From an uncultured Acidobacteriota bacterium (GTDB taxonomy: Bacteria > Acidobacteriota > Blastocatellia > RBC074), in NCBI GenBank assembly GCA_963796275.1, contig CAWCKY010000001.1:736001-800000 (forward strand): a stretch of DNA of 64,000 bases. Direction: 5' to 3'. Numbering within the stretch: position 1 is the stretch's first letter; each line of letters begins with the position of its first letter. The position numbers and the translations under genes were made by a program. The notes below the pieces were generated by a model. The model was not told the DNA's origin and did no database searches. It saw nothing but the letters and a program-made list of their open reading frames with translations. Shown here piece after piece: positions 11,501-20,039 of the stretch.

Positions 11501-12156
11501 TGGCAAGCCCCGACCTGGTCAATCCGAATCTCACCGTTCTAGTCGACACTATTCCTACAGCTCAACGTTATTCATTCATTTTCGCGGGACACTCTCAGAC
11601 CATCGACCACGTGCTGGTTGACAGCGGTATGCTCGGCCGAGTCAGCCGGTTTGCATACGCGCGTAATAACGTAGATTTCCCCGAGTCTTTGAGCATGGAT
11701 GGAACGCGGCCTGAGCGCGTGGCGGATCATGATATGCCGGTAGCCTATTTCACTCTTCCGCCTCCGTCGGCCGACTTGTCGGTCAGCGTAGTGGATTCTC
11801 CCGATCCGGTGGCGCCCCGCGAGATGCTGACCTACACGATCACCGTCACTAACAACGGACCGGACATAGCGAGGGAGGCGGTAGTGTTGAATACGCTGCC
11901 ACTGGGTACTAATTTCGTTTCGTGTACTGCAACTGGCGGGGGAGTATGCGGGGGCCTGGCGATTCTACGAACCGTGACCTTTCAATCATTGGGTATCGGT
12001 GCAACAGAGACCATAACGTTTACGGCGTCGGTAGGCAGCTCAATACCAAGCGGTTTTACTCTCAGAAATTTAGCCGCCGTCGGATCGCTTACTAAAGATT
12101 CTGATCTGCGCGATAACCTTGCAATAGAGACGACAACGGTCAATAAACGAAAATAA
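8527..12156 (+). CDS. Secreted ExeM/NucH-like nuclease: two lamin-tail domains, OB fold, EEP domain, DUF11
   Basis: Duplicated VISQVYGGGGNSGAT..DFIE domain; IHAIQG; GFFMQ; EEP motifs GVEE, GDFN, IDH, DHD; C-terminal ADLSV..DSPDPV..LTYTITVTNNGP. Confidence 0.88.
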   Translation: MAIVFHRSSSARLRYQIAVIIALLLSLMGVDYISSPPKVQGLSTGIVISQVYGGGGNSGATFTHDFIELYNRGASPININGWSVQYASAAGTSWQVTPLTDVTIQPGQYYLIQQAQGVGGAVGLPVPDATGTIAMSATAGKVALVNNATALSGSGCPFGSSVVDFAGYGTTAICFEGSGPTAALTNTTAAIRGANSCAETDNNDVDFSTGSPTPRNTASPVIPCGGSANPVGTGAANPNPVLQASSTLLTVAVISGFNPPSTGIAVTGDLATIGGLSMQTFFDDGTNGDATAGDLLFSFRATVQGITAPGLKVLPITISDAQSRTGMASISLSVQGPAQVVISQVYGGGGNSGATLTNDFIEIFNRGMSSVDLTGWSLQFTTATGAGTWQVTPLTGIIAPGQYYLVQEAAGAGGTTGLPAPDAIGTIPVGSTAGKVALVNSTTALTGSGCPFNASVVDFIGYGSTSCSESGSPAPELTNTTAALRARRGCRDTNNNLVDFSSSMPNPRNSASPVNDCSLAPPLFAIHAIQGAGAGSPLAGQEITATGIVTARKSNGFFMQTADAEADSNPNTSQGIFVFTSGTPAVAVGDSVSVVGTATEFFNLTQISSSNLDVTVISRMNELPQPIIFTTSILNPSGPLDQIERFEGMRISAPSLVSITPTNAFGEIFTVLSGVPRPLREPGIDISLSLPAGSPCCIPRFDENPQRLMVDTEGQIGMTPLVVTSGVTLTGVTGPLDFAFGDYKVLPDETPIVTANLSAIPVPIPSNNEFTVGSTNLLNFFSTNSNFALRLNKASLAIRNVMRSPDIIGVEEIGDIETLTALADKINADTVAAGGIDPNYRAYLLEGVDLFSDDIDVGFLVKSTRVDVVSVMQEGKGLTFTDPTEGDEDTLFERPPLILRANVRSPGGSLFPVTVIVNHMQSLIGVDDPVEGPRQRLKRKLQAEFTADLAQSLQGENLVLIGDFNSFQFNDGYVDVLGTIKGMPAPSDQVLLASPDLVNPNLTVLVDTIPTAQRYSFIFAGHSQTIDHVLVDSGMLGRVSRFAYARNNVDFPESLSMDGTRPERVADHDMPVAYFTLPPPSADLSVSVVDSPDPVAPREMLTYTITVTNNGPDIAREAVVLNTLPLGTNFVSCTATGGGVCGGLAILRTVTFQSLGIGATETITFTASVGSSIPSGFTLRNLAAVGSLTKDSDLRDNLAIETTTVNKRK

Positions 12157-12307
12157 TGCTACGTTCAACGGTATTGTTCGTCCTCCGGTGTGAAGATTTG
12201 CAGGTTTGAAGCCACTGCTGAATTGATGCCGTGGCTCGAGAATCGGTATTCCCAACAGGATTTTTGAAACTTTGTATTTAAAAAGACCTTAAGAAGCTGA
12301 AGCGAAG

Positions 12308-12377
12308 TCAGTACCGCGAGCGGTAGCGAGCGCGCCTTTATATTGAGGCGCCGGCTCGCTACCGCTCGCGGTACTGA
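12308..12377. repeat. REP-like perfect inverted repeat with 24-bp arms
   Basis: TCAGTACCGCGAGCGGTAGCGAGC (12308-12331) / GCTCGCTACCGCTCGCGGTACTGA (12354-12377), with inner GCGCCT/AGGCGC stem. Confidence 0.85.
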
Positions 12378-12458
12378 TCCAGCGATCCTTTTTGGCGGCA
12401 AATCGCCAACGCCTTTGTTTTCACCGGTTTCAAAAATCAGCTAAGGAGTACCCGAGAA

Positions 12459-13235
12459 TCAATCGTTCCGATATGAAATTCGCTCCAAAAAAAGCCCGGA
12501 AGGCGGTGCCGTAACCCGCGCCGGTTCGAATTTCGATTCAATTATCGGATTTTCTATCAGCCGGGCAAAATCATCTAACGTGACGCTCCCGCGACCGATT
12601 TCGACCAGTGATCCCACCAAACGCCTGACCATTTTCCATAAAAAATGTGATGCGGTGATCCGAAAGAGGATCAGATGCTCGTCGGTGATGAGTTCCGCCG
12701 ACTCGACTACGACAGTTGTAGATTGTTCTTCGCGTTTTGCATCCCGCTCGCTGAAAGCGGCGAAATCGTGCCGGCCGACGATTAAGTCACCAGCTTGCGC
12801 CATCGCTTTCACATTCAGCCGGTCCTTAATCCACCAGACATATTTTTTTCCAAAGGCCGTGCGCCTGGTTGAAATTTGGTAGAGATATGTGCGCGAGACG
12901 ACGTCGTGACGGGCATGAAACCGATCGGTGGTTGATTCGACATCCAGGACGTTGATGTCCGTGGCCAATCGATCATTGAGGGCGTGAAGAATTTCGGGTG
13001 GACGTGGAATCGTCTTCAGTCTTCCTCCGCGGGACGATAGTTTAAGGTGAGCAACCTGAGCGAGCGCATGAACGCCCGCGTCAGTTCTGCCTGCGCCGCC
13101 GATTTCAACCGATCTATCGAAATAATTTTCAGCGGCTTTACGCAGTTCGCCCGTGATCGTGCGCGCATTTATCTGTTCTTGCCAGCCGCTGTAGCGGGTG
13201 CCGTCGTATTCGAGAGTGAGTTTCCAATTTTGCAT
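12459..13235 (-). CDS. truA: tRNA pseudouridine(38-40) synthase
   Basis: LEYDGTRYSGWQ, GAGRTDAGVHALAQV, FHAR, FLWKMVR, TAPPSGLFL. Confidence 0.95.
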   Translation of the reverse strand: MQNWKLTLEYDGTRYSGWQEQINARTITGELRKAAENYFDRSVEIGGAGRTDAGVHALAQVAHLKLSSRGGRLKTIPRPPEILHALNDRLATDINVLDVESTTDRFHARHDVVSRTYLYQISTRRTAFGKKYVWWIKDRLNVKAMAQAGDLIVGRHDFAAFSERDAKREEQSTTVVVESAELITDEHLILFRITASHFLWKMVRRLVGSLVEIGRGSVTLDDFARLIENPIIESKFEPARVTAPPSGLFLERISYRND

Positions 13236-13254
13236 AGGTACTGAAGAACGCTTT

Positions 13255-13572
13255 TTACTCGATGGATACGACATCGCCCGGCTGAATAATCTTCAACGCA
13301 ACAATAGCTTGTGGAACCAGCGCTTTCAAAGTTTTGTATTTGTTGTTTTTCGCCCTGAGGATTAACAAAGCGATTTTCAGCGGACCGAGGTTTTGTTGAG
13401 ATGGAATACTTTTATCGACGGTAACAAATACGTCGTAAATTCCGGATGCGGCCTGTAGCAGCAAGCCATTCTTCAGCCCTTTCAGGCCGGCATCTTCTAC
13501 TGTGAAGACCTGGCAGTCCCTGAAATCCCGCCTGAGACGCCGTGGCATGCACTCGTCAAGTAGCAGGTTCAT
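13255..13572 (-). CDS. DUF5615 / PIN-like toxin
   Basis: MNLLLDECMP, GLKNG.LL, FVTVDK..QQN; overlaps the upstream DUF433 gene. Confidence 0.85.
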   Translation of the reverse strand: MNLLLDECMPRRLRRDFRDCQVFTVEDAGLKGLKNGLLLQAASGIYDVFVTVDKSIPSQQNLGPLKIALLILRAKNNKYKTLKALVPQAIVALKIIQPGDVVSIE

Positions 13573-13780
13573 ATTCTGCAAACAGGAGTTCTTTCATAAA
13601 TTCAATCAATCCAAGTGTTTGTTCTCTGCTTACAGTCGGGAAATCATCGATAAATGTTTCCACAGTTTCTCCACCTTCGATATAATCGAAGAAATTTTGT
13701 ATCGGTACACGTGTGCCGGTAAAGACCGGCGTCCCACCAAGTTTGTCGGTGTCAACTTCAATGATCTCTTCTGTTCTCAT
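13556..13780 (-). CDS. DUF433 antitoxin
   Basis: LGGTPVFTGTRVP...G..VETFIDDFPTV. Confidence 0.9.
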   Translation of the reverse strand: MRTEEIIEVDTDKLGGTPVFTGTRVPIQNFFDYIEGGETVETFIDDFPTVSREQTLGLIEFMKELLFAEYEPAT

Positions 13781-13834
13781 CTCGCACCACCTTGAAAAAA
13801 TGCAACCCGCAAAAGTTATCTAAAAGCATACACC

Positions 13835-15505
13835 TTAAACGTCCCATCCATCAATCTTCTTTCCAGGGTTCGTAGTCCGCTTGACCAAGACCGCATTTTC
13901 GCGCTCACGTTGGCCGACCGACTTTTCGTTGAAATAACCCTGCCATTCGCTCGGCGCATCGATCGTCTCACCGCCGTGTTTCGTGATTCGCTGTCGCACC
14001 GCACACAAAACCGGAGTGTTGACTGCCACGCCTGAAACTATCACCTGTCCCTTCGTCAAAGCAGGCAACTCGTCGAGCAGACGCCGGCCAGCGCCTTCGA
14101 CCGAGGATGCAATAGTTTGTTGATCGATCGGATTAACGATGCGCATGATGAATTGCGTCATACACTGCGACAGCACGTCTTGATCCAGTTTACCGGGACG
14201 TTGTGTGATCAATCCGATTCCGACGCCGAATTTACGGCCTTCCGACAAAATCTGTTTGAGGATGTCGGTCGAAACGACCTTTGTTCCGGCGGGCGCGTAG
14301 CGATGCGCTTCTTCCAGAAGCGCGAAGACGGGATAAGGCAGATACGATTCGTCATTCCCGTTTGCATTGCCGCGCACCGTCGCGATGCGCGCTTTGTTCG
14401 TACGGCGGAGCAGCGCCCCGACGATGACCTGCTGTTCGTTCTCGTCGATGTCCGAAAGCTGAAGCACTGTGCATTGCCCGGGCTTGAACAGGTCCTGCAA
14501 GGGAATGTGCTCGTGATCGGAGAAGCTCTTGCTCTGCTCGAAGCGACGGCGCAATCGCCATTCGAGCCCATCGATGGTGCTTACATTCCCACCGCCCTTG
14601 CCCTGTTCGTCTTCGTAACGCAAAGCGAGCACCTCGTTGAGCAAATCCGTAAAACCCCAGAGGCCGCGTTCATTGGCGCGCGTATTGATCAGGGCCCGGT
14701 AAGCCTGGCTCAAAAAGGTCCGCATCTTTTCGGTCATTTCGGGCAGAAGGTAAACGATATCGGCTTCTGTCAAAGTCGAAATTCGAACCTTGATCTTTTC
14801 ATGCGTATAGATTTTGACCTCGGGTTTGTAATCGCCGGCGGCAAATAGTCGATTTTTGTGGATTTCCTGGAGAGTACTGTATTCACCGTGTGGATCGACA
14901 ATCAGAACGGCCGCCCGGTTGTTGGGCATCATCAGCTCCTCGATAAGCACTCCTGCCGCATAGCTCTTGCCCGCTCCGGTGCTGGCCAAAATAGCAATGT
15001 GAGTCGAAACGAAGTCTTTGACCGAGAGCACCACGGGGACTTCATCGCGCTTGCGCGTGAGGAGACAGCCGATGTGCGCGCCGCCGTGCTCGCCTTTTTG
15101 CCGCGGAGATAGCATGCGCGCGAGCATCGCATTCGAGGCGAGAAAGACGGGTTGTCCCGGCATCGGCGGAATGCGCGGATTGACGAAGTCATTCAATCTC
15201 TCGCTGAAATAGCCGATCGTCTCGACCACGATTTCATATATTTCCGCACCTTCATCAGTCAAACCGATCAGGCTCGAAACAATTGACGGTGGCGTGTTCG
15301 GATCGGCGAGGAAACTGTCGGGCAGATTCCGGACCAGGCGTCGCTCGGTGATTGTGCCGACGATGCTCAGCTCGGTCTCACCGTCATTCGCCAAATAATA
15401 GACAAACTCACCGATACGCGTTTGCGTATTGTCGGTGGTGATAAAAGTGAATTCGTGAGGGTTTTCGCCGGGACCTTTTACCGTGCCGATGAGGATTTCT
15501 TGCAT
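13835..15505 (-). CDS. HerA-family ATPase (HAS barrel plus HerA/FtsK ATPase domain)
   Basis: N-terminal IGTVKG..FTF..IGEFV barrel; Walker A ASTGAGKS; DPHGEY; Walker B LEEAHRY; EGRKFG; TQRP; SQC. Confidence 0.88.
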   Translation of the reverse strand: MQEILIGTVKGPGENPHEFTFITTDNTQTRIGEFVYYLANDGETELSIVGTITERRLVRNLPDSFLADPNTPPSIVSSLIGLTDEGAEIYEIVVETIGYFSERLNDFVNPRIPPMPGQPVFLASNAMLARMLSPRQKGEHGGAHIGCLLTRKRDEVPVVLSVKDFVSTHIAILASTGAGKSYAAGVLIEELMMPNNRAAVLIVDPHGEYSTLQEIHKNRLFAAGDYKPEVKIYTHEKIKVRISTLTEADIVYLLPEMTEKMRTFLSQAYRALINTRANERGLWGFTDLLNEVLALRYEDEQGKGGGNVSTIDGLEWRLRRRFEQSKSFSDHEHIPLQDLFKPGQCTVLQLSDIDENEQQVIVGALLRRTNKARIATVRGNANGNDESYLPYPVFALLEEAHRYAPAGTKVVSTDILKQILSEGRKFGVGIGLITQRPGKLDQDVLSQCMTQFIMRIVNPIDQQTIASSVEGAGRRLLDELPALTKGQVIVSGVAVNTPVLCAVRQRITKHGGETIDAPSEWQGYFNEKSVGQRERENAVLVKRTTNPGKKIDGWDV

Positions 15506-15529
15506 ATTCGTGAAGACTCGATTTTTTGT

Positions 15530-15663
15530 TTACTGTTTCTTCTTTAGCCAGGCAATATCACTTTGATCCTTATCTCTTCCTGCCGCCAATGCGCCGACGA
15601 ACAATGTAATCAACTTGTTCGTCGTTTAAGAACGACAATGTCTTTGAAGTCTTGGTTCAACAT
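15530..15663 (-). pseudogene. Internally deleted, frameshifted nucleotidyltransferase-family relic
   Basis: With two frameshifts the minus strand reads MLNQDFKD/LSFLNDEQVDYIV/VGA-LAAGRDKDQSDIAWLKKKQ*, i.e. both termini of a small NTase without the core. Confidence 0.6.
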
Positions 15664-15849
15664 CTATCTTTTCCCTGAATGATCATACGTTGAGCGTCAG
15701 TTGCCACATCATACCGATGAGCCGCTGCGGAGACTTTCCTTTCAAATCGTTGCAATCATTCGATTCGCGCAAGGTTGTCTTTCTAACTAAGTTTTTTCCA
15801 TGCGAACAGACGTTTTGCATCTCTCTTGGAATGGGTAAGGATTAAGTTT

Positions 15850-17007
15850 TTAAATGATTGCCGGCAGGCTTTTCACCAATCGCGATTTCAAATCGACATA
15901 TCCCTGATCTCCTGCAATCAGATCGCGTAGCACTTCCCGTATACCACGATGCCGTTTGGCGAACTGAATCATCCGTTCAGTCAGAGGCGCGCCGGCAAAA
16001 CGGCCGCGATAGAAACGATGCTGCAACTCGGCCGCGCGCCGCAGCTCGTCGCCGAACTCCGCGCGCCATATTTCATCGAATTCTCCTACCTTACTTTTCA
16101 ATGCGCCAGCCAGCAGGTCGGCGGATTTGATCGCATAATAAATGCCTTCTCCGGTAAGCGGATCGACGAATCCTGCGGCATCACCGATCAGAGCCCACGC
16201 TTTGTCGGGACTGCCGGCTTTCAGAATATCCCAGGTCGAAACATCGAGCGCCGGAATCATCGCCGCATAAAAATGCGCGCGTGCGGTCGAATTTCCCGAA
16301 GCAATTTTGATCTCGCGGGCCAGCTCACAATCCTCTTTCTCGATGAAATCCAGGAGCTTTTCTTTCATGCGAGCGGGAGTTGTCTCTTGATAGCCGCTGG
16401 CAATGCCATAAGAGATATGATCTGTGCGGGGGAAGAGCCAGAGATAACCGCTGAATTCATCCAGATATTTGACGTCGACCCGGGAAATAGGGGGGCCGTT
16501 GTAAACGTTCCAGCCGAGTGCGTATGCGAAATCTTTCTGTCTGAAACGAACCCCCAAGCGGCGACGAATGACGCTGCTCGCGCCATCAGCTCCAACCAGG
16601 AAATCGGCCGCAAAATCGCCCCGGGCGGTTTCCAGCTGCCATTTGCCATGAGCGTAGTCTGTCTTTTCGACTCGGGTGCAATAGAGTTGCGCGCCGGCAT
16701 CGATGGCCCTCTCGCGCATCATCCGCGCCAGCTCTTTACGGGAATAGATCGCGAAATCGTGGCGCGGTGTGAGCGATATTTCCCGGTTCCGCGACGTGAT
16801 CAATCGCAACGATGAGATCAACTGTTTGGGGGCATCGCTGTTCTTAAGGTATGTAAATTCGCGCAGAGCTTTCGAAGTCACGCCTCCACCGCAGGGCTTC
16901 TCCCATGGTTCGCGGGCGTCGAAGAGTAAAACCTCAAATCCATTTATGCTGAGCTGATGCGCCAGATGTGATCCTGCAGGTCCCGCCCCGACAATTGCAA
17001 CTCTCAT
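15850..17007 (-). CDS. Geranylgeranyl reductase-family FAD-dependent oxidoreductase
   Basis: IVGAGPAGS, EKPCGGG, GADGASS, GYLWLFP, GDAAGFVDPLTGEGIYYA. Confidence 0.88.
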   Translation of the reverse strand: MRVAIVGAGPAGSHLAHQLSINGFEVLLFDAREPWEKPCGGGVTSKALREFTYLKNSDAPKQLISSLRLITSRNREISLTPRHDFAIYSRKELARMMRERAIDAGAQLYCTRVEKTDYAHGKWQLETARGDFAADFLVGADGASSVIRRRLGVRFRQKDFAYALGWNVYNGPPISRVDVKYLDEFSGYLWLFPRTDHISYGIASGYQETTPARMKEKLLDFIEKEDCELAREIKIASGNSTARAHFYAAMIPALDVSTWDILKAGSPDKAWALIGDAAGFVDPLTGEGIYYAIKSADLLAGALKSKVGEFDEIWRAEFGDELRRAAELQHRFYRGRFAGAPLTERMIQFAKRHRGIREVLRDLIAGDQGYVDLKSRLVKSLPAII

Positions 17008-17183
17008 TGTTGATCCTATTTATGGAATAGATGGATGAACGTACCATACTAAAGAACTGCAAACCATTCAATTGATCCCTATTCGATGGCGAATGAAATG
17101 TCGCGGGATTGACAGTATCTGATATGATGCTTAAATTGTTAGTTTCTTTTCGTGTGCCATTTTTTGACTTAGGGGTAAGAGAT

Positions 17184-18476
17184 ATGCTCGATCTTCATTA
17201 TGTACGTGAGAACTTCGACCACGTACGGGAAAAGCTGGCAACCCGGAATTTCGACCCCGGGTTGCTCGATGATTTCACCAGGCTCGACGCCGAGCGGCGA
17301 TCCTTTATTCGCGAACGGGATGAATTAAACGCCGCAAGCAATCGCCTCAGTAGGGATGTGGGCGCGTTGATGCGCGACGGCAAAAAGGACGAGGCGGAAT
17401 CGAAAAAAACTGAGTCGCGCAAGATAGCGGAGCAGGCGAAAGCGGCCGAGGGGAAAGTGCTCGAGTTCGATAACAAATTTCGCGATATTCTCATCAACCT
17501 CCCCAACCTGCCGCACGAATCGGTGCCCGTCGGTAAAGACGAATCTGCGAATGTGGAAGTGCGCCGTTGGGGCTCTCCGCGCGATTTCAAAGCGGAAGGG
17601 TTCGCGCCCAGAGATCACGTCGATCTCGGTGTCTCGCTCGGCATACTAGATCAGGAACGCGCAGCCAAAGTAACAGGAGCGCGGTTCGCCGTTCTGAGCG
17701 GGCTAGGAGCGAAGATGGAACGCGCATTGATCAGTTTCATGCTCGATCTGCATGCGGGAGAGCACGGTTATCGAGAGATGCTTCCGCCATTCATCGTTAA
17801 CTCCGATACGCTCTTTGGCACGGGGCAACTGCCGAAATTCGAGTCCGATCTCTTCAAATTGAACGATGAGCGAGGATTTTACCTCGTTCCGACGGCGGAA
17901 GTGCCGCTCACAAATCTGCATCGTGACGAGATATTGAGCGAAAAAGATCTGCCGATCAGCTACACGGCTTATACTCCCTGTTTTCGCTCGGAAGCGGGCA
18001 GCTACGGGCGCGATGTGCGCGGACTGATTCGCCAGCATCAATTCGACAAAGTCGAACTCGTAAAGATAACGCGTCCTGAAGAATCTTATGAAGCCTTGGA
18101 GCAGTTGACGCGCGATGCGGAGCGGGTCCTGCAAATCCTGGGTTTGCCGTATCGCACGATAACACTCGCGACCGGAGATATGGGCTTTTCAGCGGCGAAG
18201 ACGTACGACATAGAGGTCTGGCTGCCCAGCCAGGATACCTATCGCGAGATTTCGTCCTGTTCGAATTGTGAGGCATTCCAGGCGCGCCGCGCGCAGATCC
18301 GCTTCAAGCGCGATGGGAAATCGAAGACCGAGTTCGCTCACACGCTGAACGGGTCCGGCCTCGCGGTCGGAAGGACCTGGCTGGCTATCCTGGAAAACTT
18401 TCAACAGGCCGATGGTTCGGTGCGAGTGCCGGAGGCGCTGGTGCCATATCTGGGAGTGGATGTCATAAAGATGTGA
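17184..18476 (+). CDS. serS: Seryl-tRNA synthetase
   Basis: [52 protein letters not shown]. Confidence 0.97.
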   Translation: MLDLHYVRENFDHVREKLATRNFDPGLLDDFTRLDAERRSFIRERDELNAASNRLSRDVGALMRDGKKDEAESKKTESRKIAEQAKAAEGKVLEFDNKFRDILINLPNLPHESVPVGKDESANVEVRRWGSPRDFKAEGFAPRDHVDLGVSLGILDQERAAKVTGARFAVLSGLGAKMERALISFMLDLHAGEHGYREMLPPFIVNSDTLFGTGQLPKFESDLFKLNDERGFYLVPTAEVPLTNLHRDEILSEKDLPISYTAYTPCFRSEAGSYGRDVRGLIRQHQFDKVELVKITRPEESYEALEQLTRDAERVLQILGLPYRTITLATGDMGFSAAKTYDIEVWLPSQDTYREISSCSNCEAFQARRAQIRFKRDGKSKTEFAHTLNGSGLAVGRTWLAILENFQQADGSVRVPEALVPYLGVDVIKM

Positions 18477-18707
18477 TGGAACCGGTAAGACACGAGGTTT
18501 ACCGGGTAAATAAAGTCGTAGCTGAGCGAACAATGCGAGGATGCAGTTATTTCCGAACTGGTGACCCGCAGTCACGCCTTTATTCCGCCGAAGAGGGGAG
18601 TCCAGTCTACGCGCCTTCTTCGTTGCGAAGACCGGCTATTGCCATAGTCTATAAATAGATACTCAATTCTATCTACCTGTTCTTTGGAGTTGCTTGGGAG
18701 GCTAACG

Positions 18708-19078
18708 ATGCAAACGCTATGGCGAGACCTGCGCTTAGCCGCGCGCATGTTACGGAAGTACCCTGGCTTTTCGGCCGCAACAATTCTTACACTCGCACTC
18801 GGCATCGGCGCTAATAGTGCTATTTTCGCTTTGGTCGATGCTACCTTACTTCGTCCGCTTCCGTTCCGCGACCCAGACCGTCTTGTGATGCTCTGGGAGC
18901 AAACCGAGACGTCGCGTCGAGACAGAGTCGCGCCTCTCAATCTTATCGATTGGAACAAAAGGAACAGCACCTTCTATCTGTCACAATTTTAGTGATGGTT
19001 ACCGGTGTGGTATCGATTGCCGGTCCGGCCTGGCGTGCCATCAGAATCGATCCTGTGTCAGCATTACGTGAAGAGTAA
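18708..19078 (+). pseudogene. ADOP/MacB-type ABC permease relic: N- and C-termini fused by a large deletion
   Basis: [47 protein letters not shown], then in another frame [33 protein letters not shown]. Confidence 0.85.
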
Positions 19079-19172
19079 TCATATTACAGAAATTGTATAA
19101 CGTCGTAGCAGGGAAGAACTCCCTGGGCGAGATACTCCAGCACTCTCTCATTCTTAAACTTTGTCTTTTCCG

Positions 19173-20024
19173 TTATGTTCCTTCCAGAATCCTGCGGATG
19201 CGCGGCTCCAGTGCTGTCCGTATTTCCTGATCCTCCAACGCGTATTCGATCAAAGTCTTCAGGTAATTGATCGGGTCGCCGATGGTCAGCCATTCGCCGT
19301 CCCTCACGGGTTGAGCAACTACGCGTCCGCCGCGTCTCACGTACTCTCGCACTCCATCAGTCAGCCACAATTCGTTGGCTTTGCCGAGTGGGATTTCTCC
19401 CAGTATCTGTATCACCTCAGACGAAAGCAAAAACCGGCCGAACATGGCCATATTCGATTTAGCCTCTTCGCGCGCAGGTTTTTCGACGACATCTTTCATT
19501 TCATAACCTTCTTTGAACTCAACCATACCGTAACGCACGACGTCCTCCCAGGGGACTTCTTGGACGCCTGCAACCAGTGCATCTGTGCGATTGTGCGTTT
19601 CAATCAACTGCTTTGCGAATGATGTCCTCGATTTGATGATGTCGTCACCATAGGCGTAAATAAATCCCTGACCGGGCGGGATGTGCCGTCTCGCAACCAG
19701 CAGCGGCGTGCCGTTACCGTACGGGCCGCTTTGCCGGACGAAGATGACCTCCACGTTGGACATCCTATCAACGAACTCATCGAGCGATCTATACTTACCG
19801 CGCGGAGAGAGATCGGTTAAATTGTACTGTCGATGCAGCGGGTCGGCATTTTCACCGGTGACGATGATGATCCTTGTCAACCCGGCCTCGATGAATTCTT
19901 CGATTATCAGTTGGATCGCAGGTTTATTGATGATCGGCATCAATTCCTTGGGATAGCCCAGAGTAAGTGGAAGCATGCGAGTGCCTGATCCGGCAGCAGC
20001 GATCACGCCTGTTTCAATCTTCAT
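19173..20024 (-). CDS. galU: UTP-glucose-1-phosphate uridylyltransferase-like sugar nucleotidyltransferase
   Basis: AAAGSGTRMLP.T..PKELMP, YGDD, RYG, VVEKP, ELWLTD. Confidence 0.75.
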   Translation of the reverse strand: MKIETGVIAAAGSGTRMLPLTLGYPKELMPIINKPAIQLIIEEFIEAGLTRIIIVTGENADPLHRQYNLTDLSPRGKYRSLDEFVDRMSNVEVIFVRQSGPYGNGTPLLVARRHIPPGQGFIYAYGDDIIKSRTSFAKQLIETHNRTDALVAGVQEVPWEDVVRYGMVEFKEGYEMKDVVEKPAREEAKSNMAMFGRFLLSSEVIQILGEIPLGKANELWLTDGVREYVRRGGRVVAQPVRDGEWLTIGDPINYLKTLIEYALEDQEIRTALEPRIRRILEGT

Positions 20025-20039
20025 TTACTAATTCTCCAT

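Noticed and set aside
12165-12401. 78-aa ORF (SVPRAVAS...SLPLAVLT)
   Set aside because: It is the translation of the REP palindrome, not a credible gene
15949-16815. Long antisense or alternate-frame ORFs (also 14117-14848, 21600-22259, 40731-41417, 45764-46390)
   Set aside because: They are shadow ORFs opposite well-supported genes, expected in GC-rich coding DNA, and show no recognisable motifs
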